Assembly: GCA_026023565.1 (NCBI GenBank)
Contig: JAPETS010000027.1
Coordinates: 310,001-374,000, forward strand
DNA: 64,000 nt
From: Cirrosporium novae-zelandiae
Lineage: Eukaryota
Reading direction: 5' to 3'
Shown here: piece after piece, positions 1 through 14,283 of the stretch
How positions within the stretch are numbered: the stretch's first letter is position 1
How the letters are laid out: each line of letters begins with the position of its first letter
The notes under the pieces: generated by a model
Seen by the model: the letters and a program-made list of their open reading frames with translations, nothing else
The model's database searches: none
What the model was told of the DNA's origin: nothing
Position numbers and translations under genes: made by a program

Positions 1-661
1 GAAAGAAGAGTTCGAGTCAATACTTTCTACATCTGAGGTGGTTGTTGGAAGCTGCAGGGCAGGGACCGGGGGTCGGGTACTGTTTAACCGTTCGACGTCA
101 GGTCGACCAGCGGATTCGACTCACTCGCTAATAAGTAATTATTACTGGTAAGTTACAGAGTAATTAATCTAAAGACCGAAACGCTTCGCTTTCGTGGAAG
201 GCTCTGGTGATTTTATTACAGTATAAAATACATGTGCCTATAGATATTTACGAATTTATAGAATTTGCCCAAAATGAAGAATTTTTCTTTTGCCCTGAGA
301 TGGTGGCAATCGGAGATGGCCAGGAACACTGAGACAGTGAGATTGGACCATGTTACAGAAGTAACAGGACCACCAGAACCGTGCCTTACTCTTTCACTGC
401 CTACAGATCCGATAAGGAATGGCGCTTTCACTCCACTCGATCACCGATAACGCCTAAGTACCGCAGATCATGTGCCCCGCTCGTCACTAATTTCCCTTTG
501 ATTACGCCACCGCTCGCTCCGCCGCATTATTGTTTTTCCTTTTCGCCAGAACTTTCCTACCGGAAACCCCAAGATTCAAGATCCGGAGGCTCAAATAAAC
601 AACACTTCCTGGATATTGGCACCATAATTTCCCTCCAGATTGATCTCGGTGCTTTGCAGCA

Positions 662-1400
662 ATGTCACAATATCGTAAAATTGAGCTCCAATCGCCTGCC
701 GACTTTGCATACTTGATTTCCAATGTGGAGCGTGTCGCCCGCGACAAGCTAGATTTGCATTTACCCCCTGCAGCTGCAGACAAGACAGGAGATGGCGGCG
801 AAGACAGATTCAGGAAGCGCGTAGGAGAATTGGTTGACGAGGTACACCGTTTCTCACCACAACACCAGAGAAAATGAGGATATCAAACTTACCATACCCA
901 ATCAGTATATACACCAAACTTTTCAACTCGCCTCTTCATCCATTCTCCTCAATGGCCTTCCTGCCTCCGAATCATCCATACTCGACCCCCAGTCTCTGGG
1001 CCTAACAGCTACCGAGGAAGATGTCTACGAGACTCATGATCCCACCCTGCTGACACGCCTTCAATCCCTCTATGACGCTCTCGAAAACGAAACCACACGC
1101 GTGGCGAAATTGCGGCGAACGGCACCAGCACATGCAGCAAAGGCATATGCTGCTGCTTTAGAAAAGCAGATCAAGGATGAAGAAAGGGTAATGAAGAAAG
1201 AAGACGCTGAGAAGGTTGAAAGGATCAAAAGAAAGGAAGTGAAGGTGAAATTAGAGGTCGAGAGGTTGGATGAGATAGAGGAGACATTTGAGATGGGCGT
1301 AGAAGGGTTGACGAGGCTGAGAGAGGGAGTGGGAGAAACGAGAGGAAGGTTAGAAAGGGCCGGGGAGGCGGTAAAGGTTGTAGAGGGGATGAGGAGTTGA
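662..1400 (+). CDS. NSL1: Kinetochore Mis12-complex subunit Nsl1/Mis14 (2 exons; intron 842-905)
   Basis: ORFs 662-877 and 834-1400 join via GTACAC...ATCAG. N-terminus HRKIELQSPxDxxYL-like (YRKIELQSPADFAYL), followed by LDLHLPP and a C-terminal coiled coil, as in fungal Mis14. Confidence 0.8.
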
Positions 1401-2133
1401 GTTTCTTCATCTACAGTTTCTTGCTGGGTGAGTCAAGATGCTGGCAGTCAAATTGGCGTTTGGTATAATACCCTGGCTCACGAATCGGGAATATGAGCGA
1501 AATGATACCCATGGTCTACGCCGAAATTCAAAAGGGCGTTGGTAGACAACCTGTCTTATTTACGAATAGGGATTATGAGGTGTTAACTGCAATATAACTT
1601 GCTAAAGACTAGTCATTGGCCTTCTATATCGCTTTACATTTTACGCCTTGGGGGTAGATTCATGTCAGGATCTGGAAATCAATCAAATCTTTCAAAGCGA
1701 GGTGGACCTGAGAAAGAAATTCCAGATTCAACAGCAGAAATAGCGTTTATTCCCAGTCTACGATGTCATTTAATGATCCTTCACATGTATATTCAGCCTA
1801 AAGATGATTTTGTCCGCGCCGAGCCTCTAAGATGGAAACAGCAGCCAGGCTAGAAATCAAATTATTTGTGAATCAAGGAGAACAAGAGAACTTGATTGTT
1901 GAATACAAAATTCTCAATTGCCTCCAGGATAACGCCACATAACATCCTCCGAGCCTCCATTATTTATGCGCATTTCTCTCCTTGCAATGAGCGAATTACA
2001 AGTGAACCTATTCTTCTGGCGGAGATTGATGGGGTTATAACCTTCAATTCTCACATCTTGCTTTCTTTGCTTAGCAGAGATAAAAGACAGGTCCCTCCAT
2101 CTATTCAAAATCATTCCATGCCATTAATTTCAT

Positions 2134-3444
2134 TTACTGTGTAGCACCTGCTACTGCAGTTCCATTGGATACAGTGGCCTCTCCTGGCGCCTTTTCATCA
2201 TTAACCAATTCTACTGGAGCATCGCCAGGATATGCGGGTACCGGATCGGAAGACTTCGCAGCCTCCTTGCTTTCTTTTGCTGCTTCCTTCTTCTTCTCCC
2301 ATGCGGCAGGCTTGGTCCACTCGGCCTCTTTCCAAGGTCCCATGTCACTAAATGCGCAATCTCCTTCACATTCACAAGTGCCACCAAATGCCTTTGGCAG
2401 ATTCTCTTTGGGAACTTGCTCGAGGAGCTCCTTTTGGTAGCCGCTGCCGAGTACGTGGATCTTCTGGACGGTCACAGGGTCAAGAAAACTCTTGACTACG
2501 GAGAAGACGGAGGAGAACCCCCAGGGTGCGTTGATAAGATATAATTTTCCAAGTCGCTCGGGATAGTAGTTCTGAGAAATAGCAGAAGCTTGCTTGACAT
2601 AACCATACACGGAGGGGATCCTGGTAACACCGACACCTTTAAGATCCATAATTGTGCAGCAAGTTTCAAGCAAGTGGCCGGCTTTTCGTGAGCATGCTGG
2701 AAGTCGAGGATCGGCCAATCTTTCGTATTCGGTGACGAGGTTTTGAAGCATACGTTCGGCGGTAGTGATTTTGTACATGGCATTTAGGTCAATGTTGCCA
2801 TATTGTTCAATATAGACGGGTCGACCATCCTAAAAAAACAAAGAGCGGGAATCAATAAACAAATGTTTCATAGAGAGGGTTAAATATATTGCATACCTTA
2901 TCGGTTTTGTGGTAATATTGAGGGTAGAAGTCAAATACTTGAGGCTTTTCAGGGTATTCAAATGTTGCAGCGAGGTCATCAGTCCCAAAGTCTTTCCGCC
3001 ATTTCTCACAGTCGACGAACCTGTCAAGAAAAAGTGTTAGCTTGTTGAAAGAAAAAGTAATGCATACTTAATTATCAAGGGAGCTACAGAGCAAGCGGTT
3101 GCGGAAGGACTCCGGAACGAGAGGTGCTTCGGTAGGCAAGTCCACTACCTAGCGGTGGTCCATATGATACGAAATGAAATGAGATAACAGGTTTGACAAT
3201 CTTACATCTTCTTAGAAAGTTCAATATTAAACTTTCGAGCTCGCAGAAAACGAAGCATGGTCAACGTGTCGAGTCTTTCGGTGTAGCCCTCTTCCTCGAG
3301 TACCTTCCTCAATTGAACAACAGCAGCATTTTGTTCTGGGGTTGTATGGCCAGGATGACCTGACTGGGCGTCTTGACTGGTAGTAGGGAAGTCATAATCA
3401 TCATATTTAGGATCAAGCTCCATTTTGGGGGTATCGGTGGCCAT
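2134..3444 (-). CDS. SEC14: Sec14 phosphatidylinositol/phosphatidylcholine transfer protein (introns 3021-3205, 2830-2896)
   Basis: [49 protein letters not shown] and [21 protein letters not shown]; canonical splice sites. Confidence 0.97.
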
Positions 3445-4285
3445 TTTGAGAGAAAAGTGGTGGAGGAGGGGTTAATTCGATAATAGAGGAGGATTCTTTT
3501 ATCTGGTGAGATGGTTTGTCTGTCTTTGTGATGAGATAAAAGAGGAATAAATAAAAATGGGATGGTGGTTTTGACTGACTGGAGGGGAGGCTCAGAAAGA
3601 GAACAACGGTGAAGAAAGTTGTAAGCAGTGATTTAGGAAGAGAATATTTGATGTGGTCTAAAGTCTGCAGGCGGTCGGCTCAGCGGTCGAGAGTCTACTC
3701 GTAAGGAGTCTAGAGGTCTAGAGTCTAATGTATTCTAGTTGATTTGTTGTGACGTGGGTTTGGGGTTGGTGTTGGCGAAGAAGCGAAAGAGGGACCGTCA
3801 ATCCGTCACACCTCGCATATCAAATCCATGCGCACAATTGACCTGCATACAACTGTGGCGCAGGGTAAAAAAAATTACATATATAGATAGATGTGCATGC
3901 GTCTTAGTAGTACTCCCAGAAAGTAACAAATGATAGCTAATTAAGGTCCTAAGGTAATTGTTATGAATATCTCTTCCATCAACATCTAAACTTCAAAAAA
4001 TAATCTTTACCAGCTCCACTTTCTTCCCCTCCAAAAAAAACATAGTTTAACGCCATGATACGACAATCACCATTTTTACTGTCATTCCACCCCTCCTTCT
4101 CCCCCTCTTCCCAGGTGGCATTCCCCTATTCGCCCTTTATCAGCAAAAAAAAAACTTCCAATAAATATAATATGAGAATATTAGTTTACATTAATGGATT
4201 ACCATCGTTATCATCTTCTAGTTTAAGGAACTATAGGGCATCAAGAAAAAAAAGTAACAGCCATATTAACCGATGCCTCAATAAC

Positions 4286-7200
4286 TCAGTTGTAATATCT
4301 CGGTTCATCAAAAACGTGATAATGATGACCACGCACACCCTCCCCTCGGAACATTGTTGGAAACCGACGTCCATATGGCACCTGCTCCTCGCGAATTAAT
4401 TCTCCCTTCCCGTCTGGTTCTCCGATCACAAATTTTCCGACCTGCGAAACTATTAATACTCCGTATATAAGTTATACCCGATTAACTACTTGTTGCCCTT
4501 ACCTGGAGTTCAGTATCTGTAATGGTCGATCGGCTGACCCGGGCATATCCTACCCGCTTTACATCACGATACAAGATATACTCGCACCATCGATCCCAAT
4601 CGCTTGGGTCTATGTCATGCATTCGGCTGGTGTTGCTCACAAATGTAAAATAATTTCCTCGCAGCGGTTTTGTCACGAGATAACTCAAGAGTATTGCTGG
4701 ACGAGTTGAACTGCCCATAAGTTGTGCCATATACTGAGACTGTAACCGCCGGTCTTCAACATCTTCTTCCTGGCCGGAATGAAAGACAAACACATCCACT
4801 AATTCGCCATACATATCTAGGGTTGCATGAATGGCTGGTGCAAGCTCGCCAACGGGCGAAGGCAGTAAATGGTGGGTCGAATTGATAATAGGGAACTTCG
4901 ATAGTAGTGCAGCTCCCCACGTATGTTTATTTGGTCCAGGACCGTAATCCACATACATTCCTAGTTCTTCGGCCAGATACTGTGTCGTATCACGGTTACC
5001 CATAATAATGCGTTGCAAATCAGATTCAAGTAGACCAATGACATCAATCTCCATCTCCTTAATAAGATCCCGCATCCTTGTCTCTGATGTGTACATGTCA
5101 TTGTCTAGCGAGAAGTGCACGGTCCAAATACCCGCTGTGACTACCTTTTCGTCCTTATGGTAAGGCGTGTAATCAAAGGTCGGGAACCTTAGATATGCTA
5201 TCGAAGCCGACCATAGCTGAAGTGCTACAAGGAAGTAGAAATAATAGGATCGTTGCTTCCTTGCAATAGGATAGCTCTGCTTCCTGGTTTTAGGTGAAGG
5301 ATCTCTATTTGCAGTTGTTGCAAAAACTCCAGCACCGATGAGTAGCATGGTTATGGTCATGACCCAGTCTGTATGTTCCCTAGCAAGTGGTCCACCAGGA
5401 ACAAATGCATAGGCAACAACCCACACATGAAAGAGAACCATGATGTTGTAGAACAAGAAACCTAATCCGAATGTGATGGCAGGAGAATGGCGCACTGCTG
5501 ACCCAACAAAGGATGGAACAAGGGCTATCAAGTAGGCGGCGAGTGCGAGTCCTCCATAAAAGCCATTCCAGTGGCTATAGCACGTGAGGAAGGCTGCAGC
5601 GACGCTTCCAATGCCATATGCTGTCCAACCGCTGGCAAAACTAGGATAAAAAACCCCTATAATGAGACCTAAACCCATAGCGAAAATAGTCCAGGCACCA
5701 TGAGGTACAGCCATAGGACCTCGAATTGGATAACCATCCCAGACCCAACTAATCATGGTGCTGGAGTCAGATAACAGTGAATGGAGACCGAAAATTAACC
5801 CACCCCAGCCAAGAGCAGCAAGAATAGAAGAGCCAGGCTTTGTTGGAGAAGAAACAGGGGATATGTTGCCATTGCTCACGGTTCGCCTACCTGTTGTCCT
5901 TAATATAGAGAGTACGGCAAGTGCAAAGCCTAGTCTGTTCCACCCACTAATCCCAGGATGAACGACAGGCCATATCGGGTTCATTGTCTGGAAGGCAAAT
6001 TTGGCAATGCTTGACGCGATCAAGCCAATGCTCCAAGCCATTATTCTGGACTCTAGTCGTGCTGGGTTTGCTCGTTCGCTGTACCATGTTCCAGTCCAAG
6101 AAAGGCAAGACATCCACAAAGCAAAGCCGACGACGCAGAGTCGAACCTCAGGCCCTTCAACAAGGTACGCTAACAAGCCGCATAGCGATAATAGATGAGT
6201 CCGTCTGAGATTATGGACTACCATAGAACGAATTGAAGGTATTCCCAGGAACAGTGGAGAAATAGTGGTCATTACGAAAATCTCATAACCAGAGATACCC
6301 ATGTACCAAAGTGGGAAATCTATCATCATTAGCTCCATATTATGGATGGACCAGACTATACGTACACCAAACCAGAACTCCCAGGGAGGTAAGGATCGAC
6401 CAGAATACAAACTAGAAGTACGGCATAAGCAATTCACGATCGTGTAGAATTAGAAACCACTTTCTTACCCCGTTGTAGATGTCTGCGAGAACATCGAAGG
6501 CTTCAGGCCAGGAGAAACCATCCCCAAACGTTCGACCCATTGGCTTGTCCTTTCTACACAACTTTCAGTGAGATTGAAAACAAGAGATGATGCACTAAAG
6601 GTAAAGCTTACTCCCGCTCAAGCAAAGAATCCGAAACCATCTTTGTTTTTCTACGAAAATATGTTAGATAAATAAAACACCAGTTTGGTCAAAAACTTTG
6701 TACTTTATATCTATTTCGGAAGCCATTGAACATACCCTCTGCTAACTCCTTTTATATCTCTGATAACAAGTTCAAGGCTCGCAAAGTCAAGAGCTGTTAC
6801 AGCATCGAATGCAACATCCAATAGAACAAGGGACCATTCGAAAAATGCATATGTGGTGTACGCTACCAAGTGTCAGTGCTACTGACTAGCTAAAGGAAGA
6901 TACTGGCATTGAAGCTTACCCCCGGGAACCTTATGCACCTTGTGTTTGATGTAGAAGTATACGAGAGGCACCAATGTCGAAAAGAATAAGGTGGCTAGCC
7001 GTTTCCTGTATTTGACTGCCTGCGCATTATTTGGAGTGAGAGCAATACATCCGAGTGTCCATGGGAGAGTGGCTACTAGATATGATATCATAAAAATATC
7101 ATGCCAATCGTGATCGTCTGTTGAAGTGACATAAGTCCAGCCTCCACACGTGAGTGTTCTAAAAATGCCAACTCCTAGTATGAATTTAGGAAGGACGGCT

Positions 7201-7779
7201 CCGGGTCGTGTTGTAAGGAAATACCACAGAAAAACGAGGGCAAAGCGAGGACCTGTAGCGGTTAGCCATGGCAAAAGGTGTTACGATGTACAATGGTTTC
7301 TAGACCTGAAGTAATTGCAATAAAGACCATAAAAACCGAACGTTCGGGATAGCGATCTCCAATTGTAGCGGAGACCGACGGAAACCATTCTTGTGGGTAG
7401 CCCTATCATAGAATATAAGTTTTAACTGTGGGCCTCTTAGTTATGCAGCAACTGACGTAGTATTCGTTCTGAACTATCTTGTTGAAATGTAACCACCTGA
7501 GAAGATGAGTGAAAAATCGCAAAATGGTGAATAGAACCTGCTCACATTCCCACAATCAATGCACCAAGGAAAGCACCTTCCGTATGTAAGTATTGCGATT
7601 TCGAAAAAGAAAAAGAAACAAAAGGCAGAGACAACTAACAGTATGCGACCGTCGTATGCGCCCATGATATCCATTTACCATTGAACTATGGTTTTGGATT
7701 AGTTTAGTGGTGGGAAAAGACGTTGGAGATAGCTGACGGCAAATAAGACCCCGCCTCCATTTTTGTGTTTGGAAGCCAT
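4286..7779 (-). CDS. CWH43: Cwh43 (Frag1/PGAP2-like N-terminus plus C-terminal endonuclease/exonuclease/phosphatase-like domain), GPI lipid remodelling; many short exons at the 5' end
   Basis: [68 protein letters not shown] and [13 protein letters not shown]; last exon ends [12 protein letters not shown] at 4286. Confidence 0.93.
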
Positions 7780-8406
7780 CGCGATATGATAAGGCACGTA
7801 GAGATTCCCCAGAACACCTGCCACTTTTAAAAGAGGAAATTTGGTCGCAATGAGGAAGAACGAAGGGTAAAGAACGTACAAAGAGGAAACCCAAGGCGAA
7901 ATGAATTATTTGAGAGAGTTCCCCCTGGGTAAATAAAAGAAAAAAAGAAAAACATTGAAGCTGCCGTGAATCCCGTGAGCGTCTTCTTGGTAATCCAGTT
8001 AGAAGCTTGGATTCAACCTGGTTCAACTTGGAACTTTGGAAAAGCAGGAGCCTTGTCTAAATCGGTCCAACATCATCGTACCGAGGTGTCAAACAAAGTA
8101 ACTCAAGTATTCGGATCGGCTTTTGAACTCTCGGCACCGAAACTTTCATAAAACTTTACTTTATTTGTGTAATCCGTTTGGTATTTTTCCACCCTAGGCA
8201 GCTATTCTCTGAACCCGCCCAGATCCAAAATATTCCTTGTCGGAGCTCTCCTAAACACTTGATTGCTGATTATTGCTCTGGTTAATTGGTTATGAATTCC
8301 TTTCTGGAGAAATATCCTAATCGAGATTGAGGCATTATTCGACCACCCACAAATATCCTTGCCCTAGACTACTCTCTCTTATCGCCGTCAAAACAAAATC
8401 CTAATT

Positions 8407-9846
8407 ATGGCGGGTGCAAGCGACAAGGCCCGTTTCTATCTTGAGCAGTCTGTTCCAGAACTACAGGAGTATGAAAGGAAAGGCATATTCTCCAAGGTTT
8501 GTCTGCCTCGACATGTCTAAGCTGTTGTCGTGTCTAATTTTGTATGCAGAAAGAAATCACTTCCATCGCAAAGAAAAGATCGGACTTTGAGCACAAACTC
8601 AACTCACGAGGAGGGTCGCGACCTTCTGATTACGCACGTTACGTAGAATATGAAATCAACCTGGAAGCTCTGCGAAAGAAACGCACCCGGCGGTTAGGAA
8701 TTAAACATGGAGGAGGAAGAGGAGGCCCGCGCAGAATTTTCTTCATCTTCGATAGAGGAACACAGAAATTTCAAGGTGATATTTCACTCTGGTTCAACTA
8801 TCTCGAGTATGCAAGAAAGGAGAAAGCGTACAAGAAGCTTTCCCAAATTTTGACCAATGTACGATCTTCTGCTTTTGTTCTTTGGCGAAATACTAATGAA
8901 TTTCCAGGTACTGCGACTCCACCCCAAGGACCCAGCCCTTTGGATCTGGGCTTCTCAGTACGTGTTTCAAGACCAAGCAGATATGTCCGAAGCTCGGAGT
9001 TATATGCAGCGTGGATTACGATTCTGCCAGTCATCGTCAAAACTTTGGCTTGAATATGCCAAGCTTGAAATGATATATATAACAAAGATTACAGCGCGAC
9101 AGCAGATCCTCGGTCTCACCGAAGCGCAAAAGAAAGGTCCAGAAATACTAACCCCCGACAATTTAGACGCAGATATAGTGGTTTTGCCTCAAGTCACGGC
9201 TGAAGATGTAAATCCAAGTCTTGCCACAAACAATTCGGCTGACCAGGTTGCCTTACAAAACCTAGATGCCACACCCGCTTTGAGCGGGGCAATTCCCCTC
9301 GCTATTTTCGATGCGGGGATGAAGCAGTTCCAAAATGACGACGTTCTAGGCCTGGCATTCTTTGACATGTTCTCAGAATTTGAAAATGTGCCTTGTCTAC
9401 AAAAATTATTGCAGCATGTTGTAGAATATCTACTTACTACCTCACCAAAGCGACCATCAACCAAATATTGTTATATCCGGCAGCCGACTATAGGAGTGCA
9501 AGTTGATTCTCCCGAATTCGCCGTCGCACTTGGTTCTTCACTGTCCAAATTGAAAGAACAACGGGAAAATTCACAGCAGCCGTGGAAGTTTGCCCAGCTC
9601 GTCATTAGTTGGCTAACTTCGTATCTGCAAATAGAAAGCTTAGACCAGGGTTTACGGAAGGTCATTATGGTAACACTCCAGCGCATTGCAAAGGATTTAG
9701 AGAGCCTTGAAACAGATACTAAAGTTACATGGAGTGACTACACAACGGTGATTTCCACTGTCAACAAGGCTAAATTAGACACGATAGCTAAGACGTTGGC
9801 CGAGAAACGCTCCAAAAGGTTTGACGGGTTGAATGCAGTGTTATGA
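8407..9846 (+). CDS. UTP6: U3 snoRNA-associated protein 6 (HAT repeats), 3 exons
   Basis: MAGASDKARFYLEQSVPELQEYERKGIF, EITSIAKKRSDFEHKLN and ARSYMQRGLRFC..LWLEYAKLE. Confidence 0.93.
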
Positions 9847-9909
9847 GATATGTTGGATTTTCAGATAATGACAGATATACACCACAATAACATAGTTTGA
9901 ACGCAAGTT

Positions 9910-10623
9910 TCAGTAGTCACCACCTGAAGAACCCCGTCTACCAGCTTTCTTGGCTTTGAGGTGTTCTTTGGATATCTGTTTCCTTATTTTTGCATTTTTC
10001 TCTCTGGCTTGGGGGTTAGCACACGAGATGTAATAATACGAGTGTCTGGAGTTAGAGATACCGGGTTTGAATCCTTTTCACCCTATCAGGATCAGTTGGA
10101 CCTCTTATTACATCCCTCGCAGACTCTTCGATCATGGTCTTTAGCCTAGCAAAACACTCGCGCTTATTATCATCCTGCCTGCGGTAAACGTCTGAAGTAA
10201 ATGATAGCTTCTTTTGACCATTTTTTTGAGTACAACGAGATTCGACTATTGGTATCAATAGCTTTGGGAGACCTATGGAGACTAGCGATTCAAGGGATAT
10301 ATGGAGTGTAGTTTTTGATTCTATCCTGCAAAGACCCGTTAAAAGGTACCTTGAAAGATAAAGATATCAACGTACTTATTCACATTCTGTCCACCAGGCC
10401 CGCTAGACCTGCTGGTTGTGAACTCGTATTTACTTCTCTGATTCTGTAGCGCGAAGGGATCGAAATGGTCCAGCCACGTCCGGCATCTTTCCATCTCCTC
10501 TTCTTCATCCCGAGAAGGTATTGAAGGACTACTAGTGGAGAGTGACCTTATCAAAGGTATGACCTCATATTGTCGAATACCACCCTGCACTACTCGTAGA
10601 ATGGCTGGATAAGACCTTAACAT
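9910..10623 (-). CDS. Mitochondrial peptidyl-tRNA hydrolase, ICT1/ArfB (RF-1 domain) family, 3 exons
   Basis: SRSSGPGGQNVNK (GGQ motif), N-terminus resembling a targeting peptide, basic C-terminal tail ending KAKKAGRRGSSGGDY*. Confidence 0.85.
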
Positions 10624-11383
10624 AGTTATAGGCCAACTAAATGATTAGTTTTGTAAGGTGAATGGGCGTTAAGCAGACTGGATAAATTGTGTCGCTGTCT
10701 AACCTAGCCTCGGTTGAATTATCAACATAACGTTGTGAGACGTTTCCTTTCGGATACTGAAGAGGTTCCAGTCGGGGGTTTTTAGAGGGGAGAGAAGCCG
10801 CAAACTAACGTAGGTACAAACTTCCATGTGAAATGGGGAAAGAGAATCCAAAGCTACCACGCTACCAACCTAAGGCGAGGAGATAGATGATCAAAACATA
10901 TTTTTGGTCTTTAGATTTCAGAGAAGGAGGAGGCCGTCATATAAAAAATGGCATGGCAACTGTCACATTTTAGTTTGGGCGCTTAGTGGGAAATATCTCA
11001 ATCATATCCCGCTTTACAGTTTAGTTACGCTTTACCGTACAAAGCTATTACTCTCTTACTCGTCCGATGTTATCACCTAAATCCTCAATCCTCAATCCTC
11101 AATCCAATCCAATTCTTTAAATATTCACTACCATTCCAACCAATTCGTTTATTCATCCCAGATATCATTCAGAACACCCTAATTAGGTTATTAAACAATT
11201 TCTCTAATACTAACTATTTGACCTGGGTCTCATTGATCTTTCACATTTCACTTTTCAAAAAAAAAACCTGATAGAAACTGCAACCCAATTACCAATTACC
11301 GCCCAATATTTATCCTTTCCCTTTTCGCTCCACTTAAGCCTACATTTGTAGATGCCCGCCAGCCAGTTCCATTGCCTTTCGCG

Positions 11384-14283
11384 ATGACTCCTCCAAGCCC
11401 TCCTACGGAGCCTTTGCAGATTCGCGGTGAGACACTGACGCCGGAGAGTCCACGGCCACTTCACATACCTGAGCCGTCAAACATACCCCTCCTTCAAAGC
11501 CAAATGGATCCTTCCTTCAATGACCAACCCCCGTATACATCCGGTTTAGAATATTCATTCAATGCCATTTCAAACAAGGACGGTCAAGACCTGTCCTTTA
11601 CCCATACAGAAAATGGACTTGCAAAAAACAATGATGGGATATGTGGTAGAGGGGCAGATGCAGGTGGGATAAATGTGGAAGATGATCATTTGGGAGGAGA
11701 TGGCAGCTCAAATAACGTTCGCAATCAGATACTATCGAATGTTACAGGTGATTCATCATCTCCAATCCACCCAAATCCATCATCAATAGATTCATCTATC
11801 CCTTCTCCTCTACCAAACTTCTCTTCGCAAAATCTGCTTCCCCAGGAAAATCTTCATTCTGCTTCAGACGATCTTCAACAACACAATTCGCATTACATAC
11901 CTTCTCCTGGGTCCAAGAAATCGACAGATCTTAGATTGCGTAACCATTCTAATGTACAAGCTCCCGGTCAAACCGTCGATTATCAAGCCTTACTGGAAAA
12001 CTTATCCCAATCTACTGCCACAAGGGCCTCAGTTGGTGGTTTAATCTCTGCCACAACCATCTCGCCAACTGAGAATCCTGATGTATCCCCTCCCAATAGT
12101 ACCAGATCTCCTACTGGGCATATCGTTCCCGTGGCTGGACTTCCTCCTCGACCTCCACCACAAGAAAAACCAGCTATTCATCCTAATTACTCCCCAAATG
12201 ATGACATTCGCTCCTTCCATTACCCTTCTGCCCAAGCTCAAAACACTCACTCTACCTATTCTTCTGAATCCAGTAATGCTTATCGGCCACCTGCTGGCTT
12301 TTCTTCCTCCCTAACTTCCAATATCCCTGGCCTTCATCCAGGTGCAAATGGTCTTCCGCCCCCGCCACTAGCAAAGTTTCAGCAAGCGCAACCTCCCTCT
12401 AGTCAGCCGAGCCAACTTTCGTCTGCTCAGATGCCTTCCGGGGGAAATATTAATATAAAATCCGATGGGGGAGACGTGGATGAACACGGGAGGGCTGCTG
12501 CTGGGTGGGATGGTGAAACAGAACGAGCTTACACTCAATTTCTACGCGATGAGAAGGAGTACATTTCCGAAGGCTCCTGGGATCGATTTCCTATTGGTTC
12601 TCGTGTTTTTATTGGTATGCCATATATTTCGAATCGAATGGTTATTTGTTTAGAACAAGACTAACGCTAACCAGGCAATTTATCCAAAGAGAGGATAAAC
12701 AAACGTGACCTCTTCCCAATATTCTATAAGCATGGCCGATTAGCACAGCTTTCCATTAAAAATGCGTATGCTTTTGCTCAATATTTTGACGCAGAATCTG
12801 CTAGCAAAGCCATTCGAGATGATCAAGGAATATGGTTAAAAGGCAAAAAATTGCGTAAGATAAGGTTTCCTCAATGCTATATTTTGTGAAGCTAATTCTT
12901 TCCAGACCTGGAGATTTCCAGACCTCAGAAGGTAACCCGCAGTGCAGCAGCAGGAGGAAGCCGAGCAGGTTCTAGCAAACGGTCAAGATCCCCTCCTGAT
13001 TATGGGCGGAATGTACGACTCCAGCGTTCTGGAGGAGATAGGTATGATAGAAGCTATGAACCTACTCCCCCGCGTTACAGTGACTACCGTGATGAACCAA
13101 ACCGGCGAGACAGCTACACGTCCGGACGACCTCCCTCACCACGTGGATACCGTGAGCGCGATGTTTATCGGAGCGGCCGTGAGCGAAGCCTCGAAAGGTA
13201 CGGTAAGTATCGACCTAGAACTCCATCGCCATTGAGAGGCGATCGAGGTAGGAGTAGAAGTCCAAGGGGGAGAGATTTTGACGAGGATACCGCTCTACCT
13301 ATTCCTCGGAGGCGTCCGGAAGATATTCCAGATGTCCAGATTATTCTCTTCAATGAGCTCGATAAGTTAGTCCAACATCCTATCTTACCATAAGGAAATG
13401 TTCTTACGGAGACTTAGGAATTTTGTTCGGTTCGTGGAGAGGGCTTTCCGAGACAAAGGCTTGGCCTGTGGTGTTCTATTGCTTAGTCCTCGTATTCCGC
13501 TACCTGCAGTTATTCGACGACAACAGTTGGAGGGAGTTCATTCCGTCATTAAGCTTTCCTTGAGATCGCAACAGACAGGGAAGGTGTCACTTCACCTCTT
13601 CAAACGGAATGGTTCTGATGTGCGCTTTGAAGGTACGACTGACAACCCGGCGATCTAGAATTCTGGCGTTCTAACAGGTTTATATAGATTATGATGATAT
13701 CGAGGCTGCGAGAGCCGCTGAGCTCACTCTACAAATTAAACGGAGTCCTCCGATTCCTCCATCGCAATACAGCCAACTACCCACATACAGCGTCCCCTCA
13801 TACAGCCAAATGCCTTATCAACACCAGCAACCGCCCCCTCCAGTAGCGTCCGCTTACCCCGCGAATACCCCTCATCAAGGAGCCACCAACCCTGCTGCCT
13901 CTGTGGACCCTCAAACAATTCAGAAAATTCTGGGTGCCCTCCAACAGGTTCCACAAACCATGTCAACTCAGCAGTCCCCGGCAACTCAAAACCCAGCCAA
14001 CCTTGCAAGTCTTTTGAGTTCTGTTCCAGTGCAACCATCTAACCTACCAGGCTATACGGCTCCCATGCCACGGCAAAGCCAGTATCCGGGCCCGGCAGCC
14101 GTTAATCCAGCATTATCATCAATCCTAGGTGGTGGTGGGGCCGGAGTGCAGCAGCAACAGCCGTATGGAATTCCTCAGCCGCCTCCTCAACAATACTGGC
14201 CGCCCCAATCACAAACAGGGCAACCTCAAGCGCCAGATATGAGGAATTTAATGCAGACCCTAGAAAGGTTTAAAAGACAGTAA
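11384..14283 (+). CDS. Nab3-like RRM RNA-binding protein, 5 exons
   Basis: WDRFPIGSRVFIGNL, then the RRM (FYKHGRLAQLSIKNAYAFAQY), an RS-rich segment, VPDVQII-like region and Q/P-rich tail. Introns near 12615, 12855, 13365 and 13632. Confidence 0.8.
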
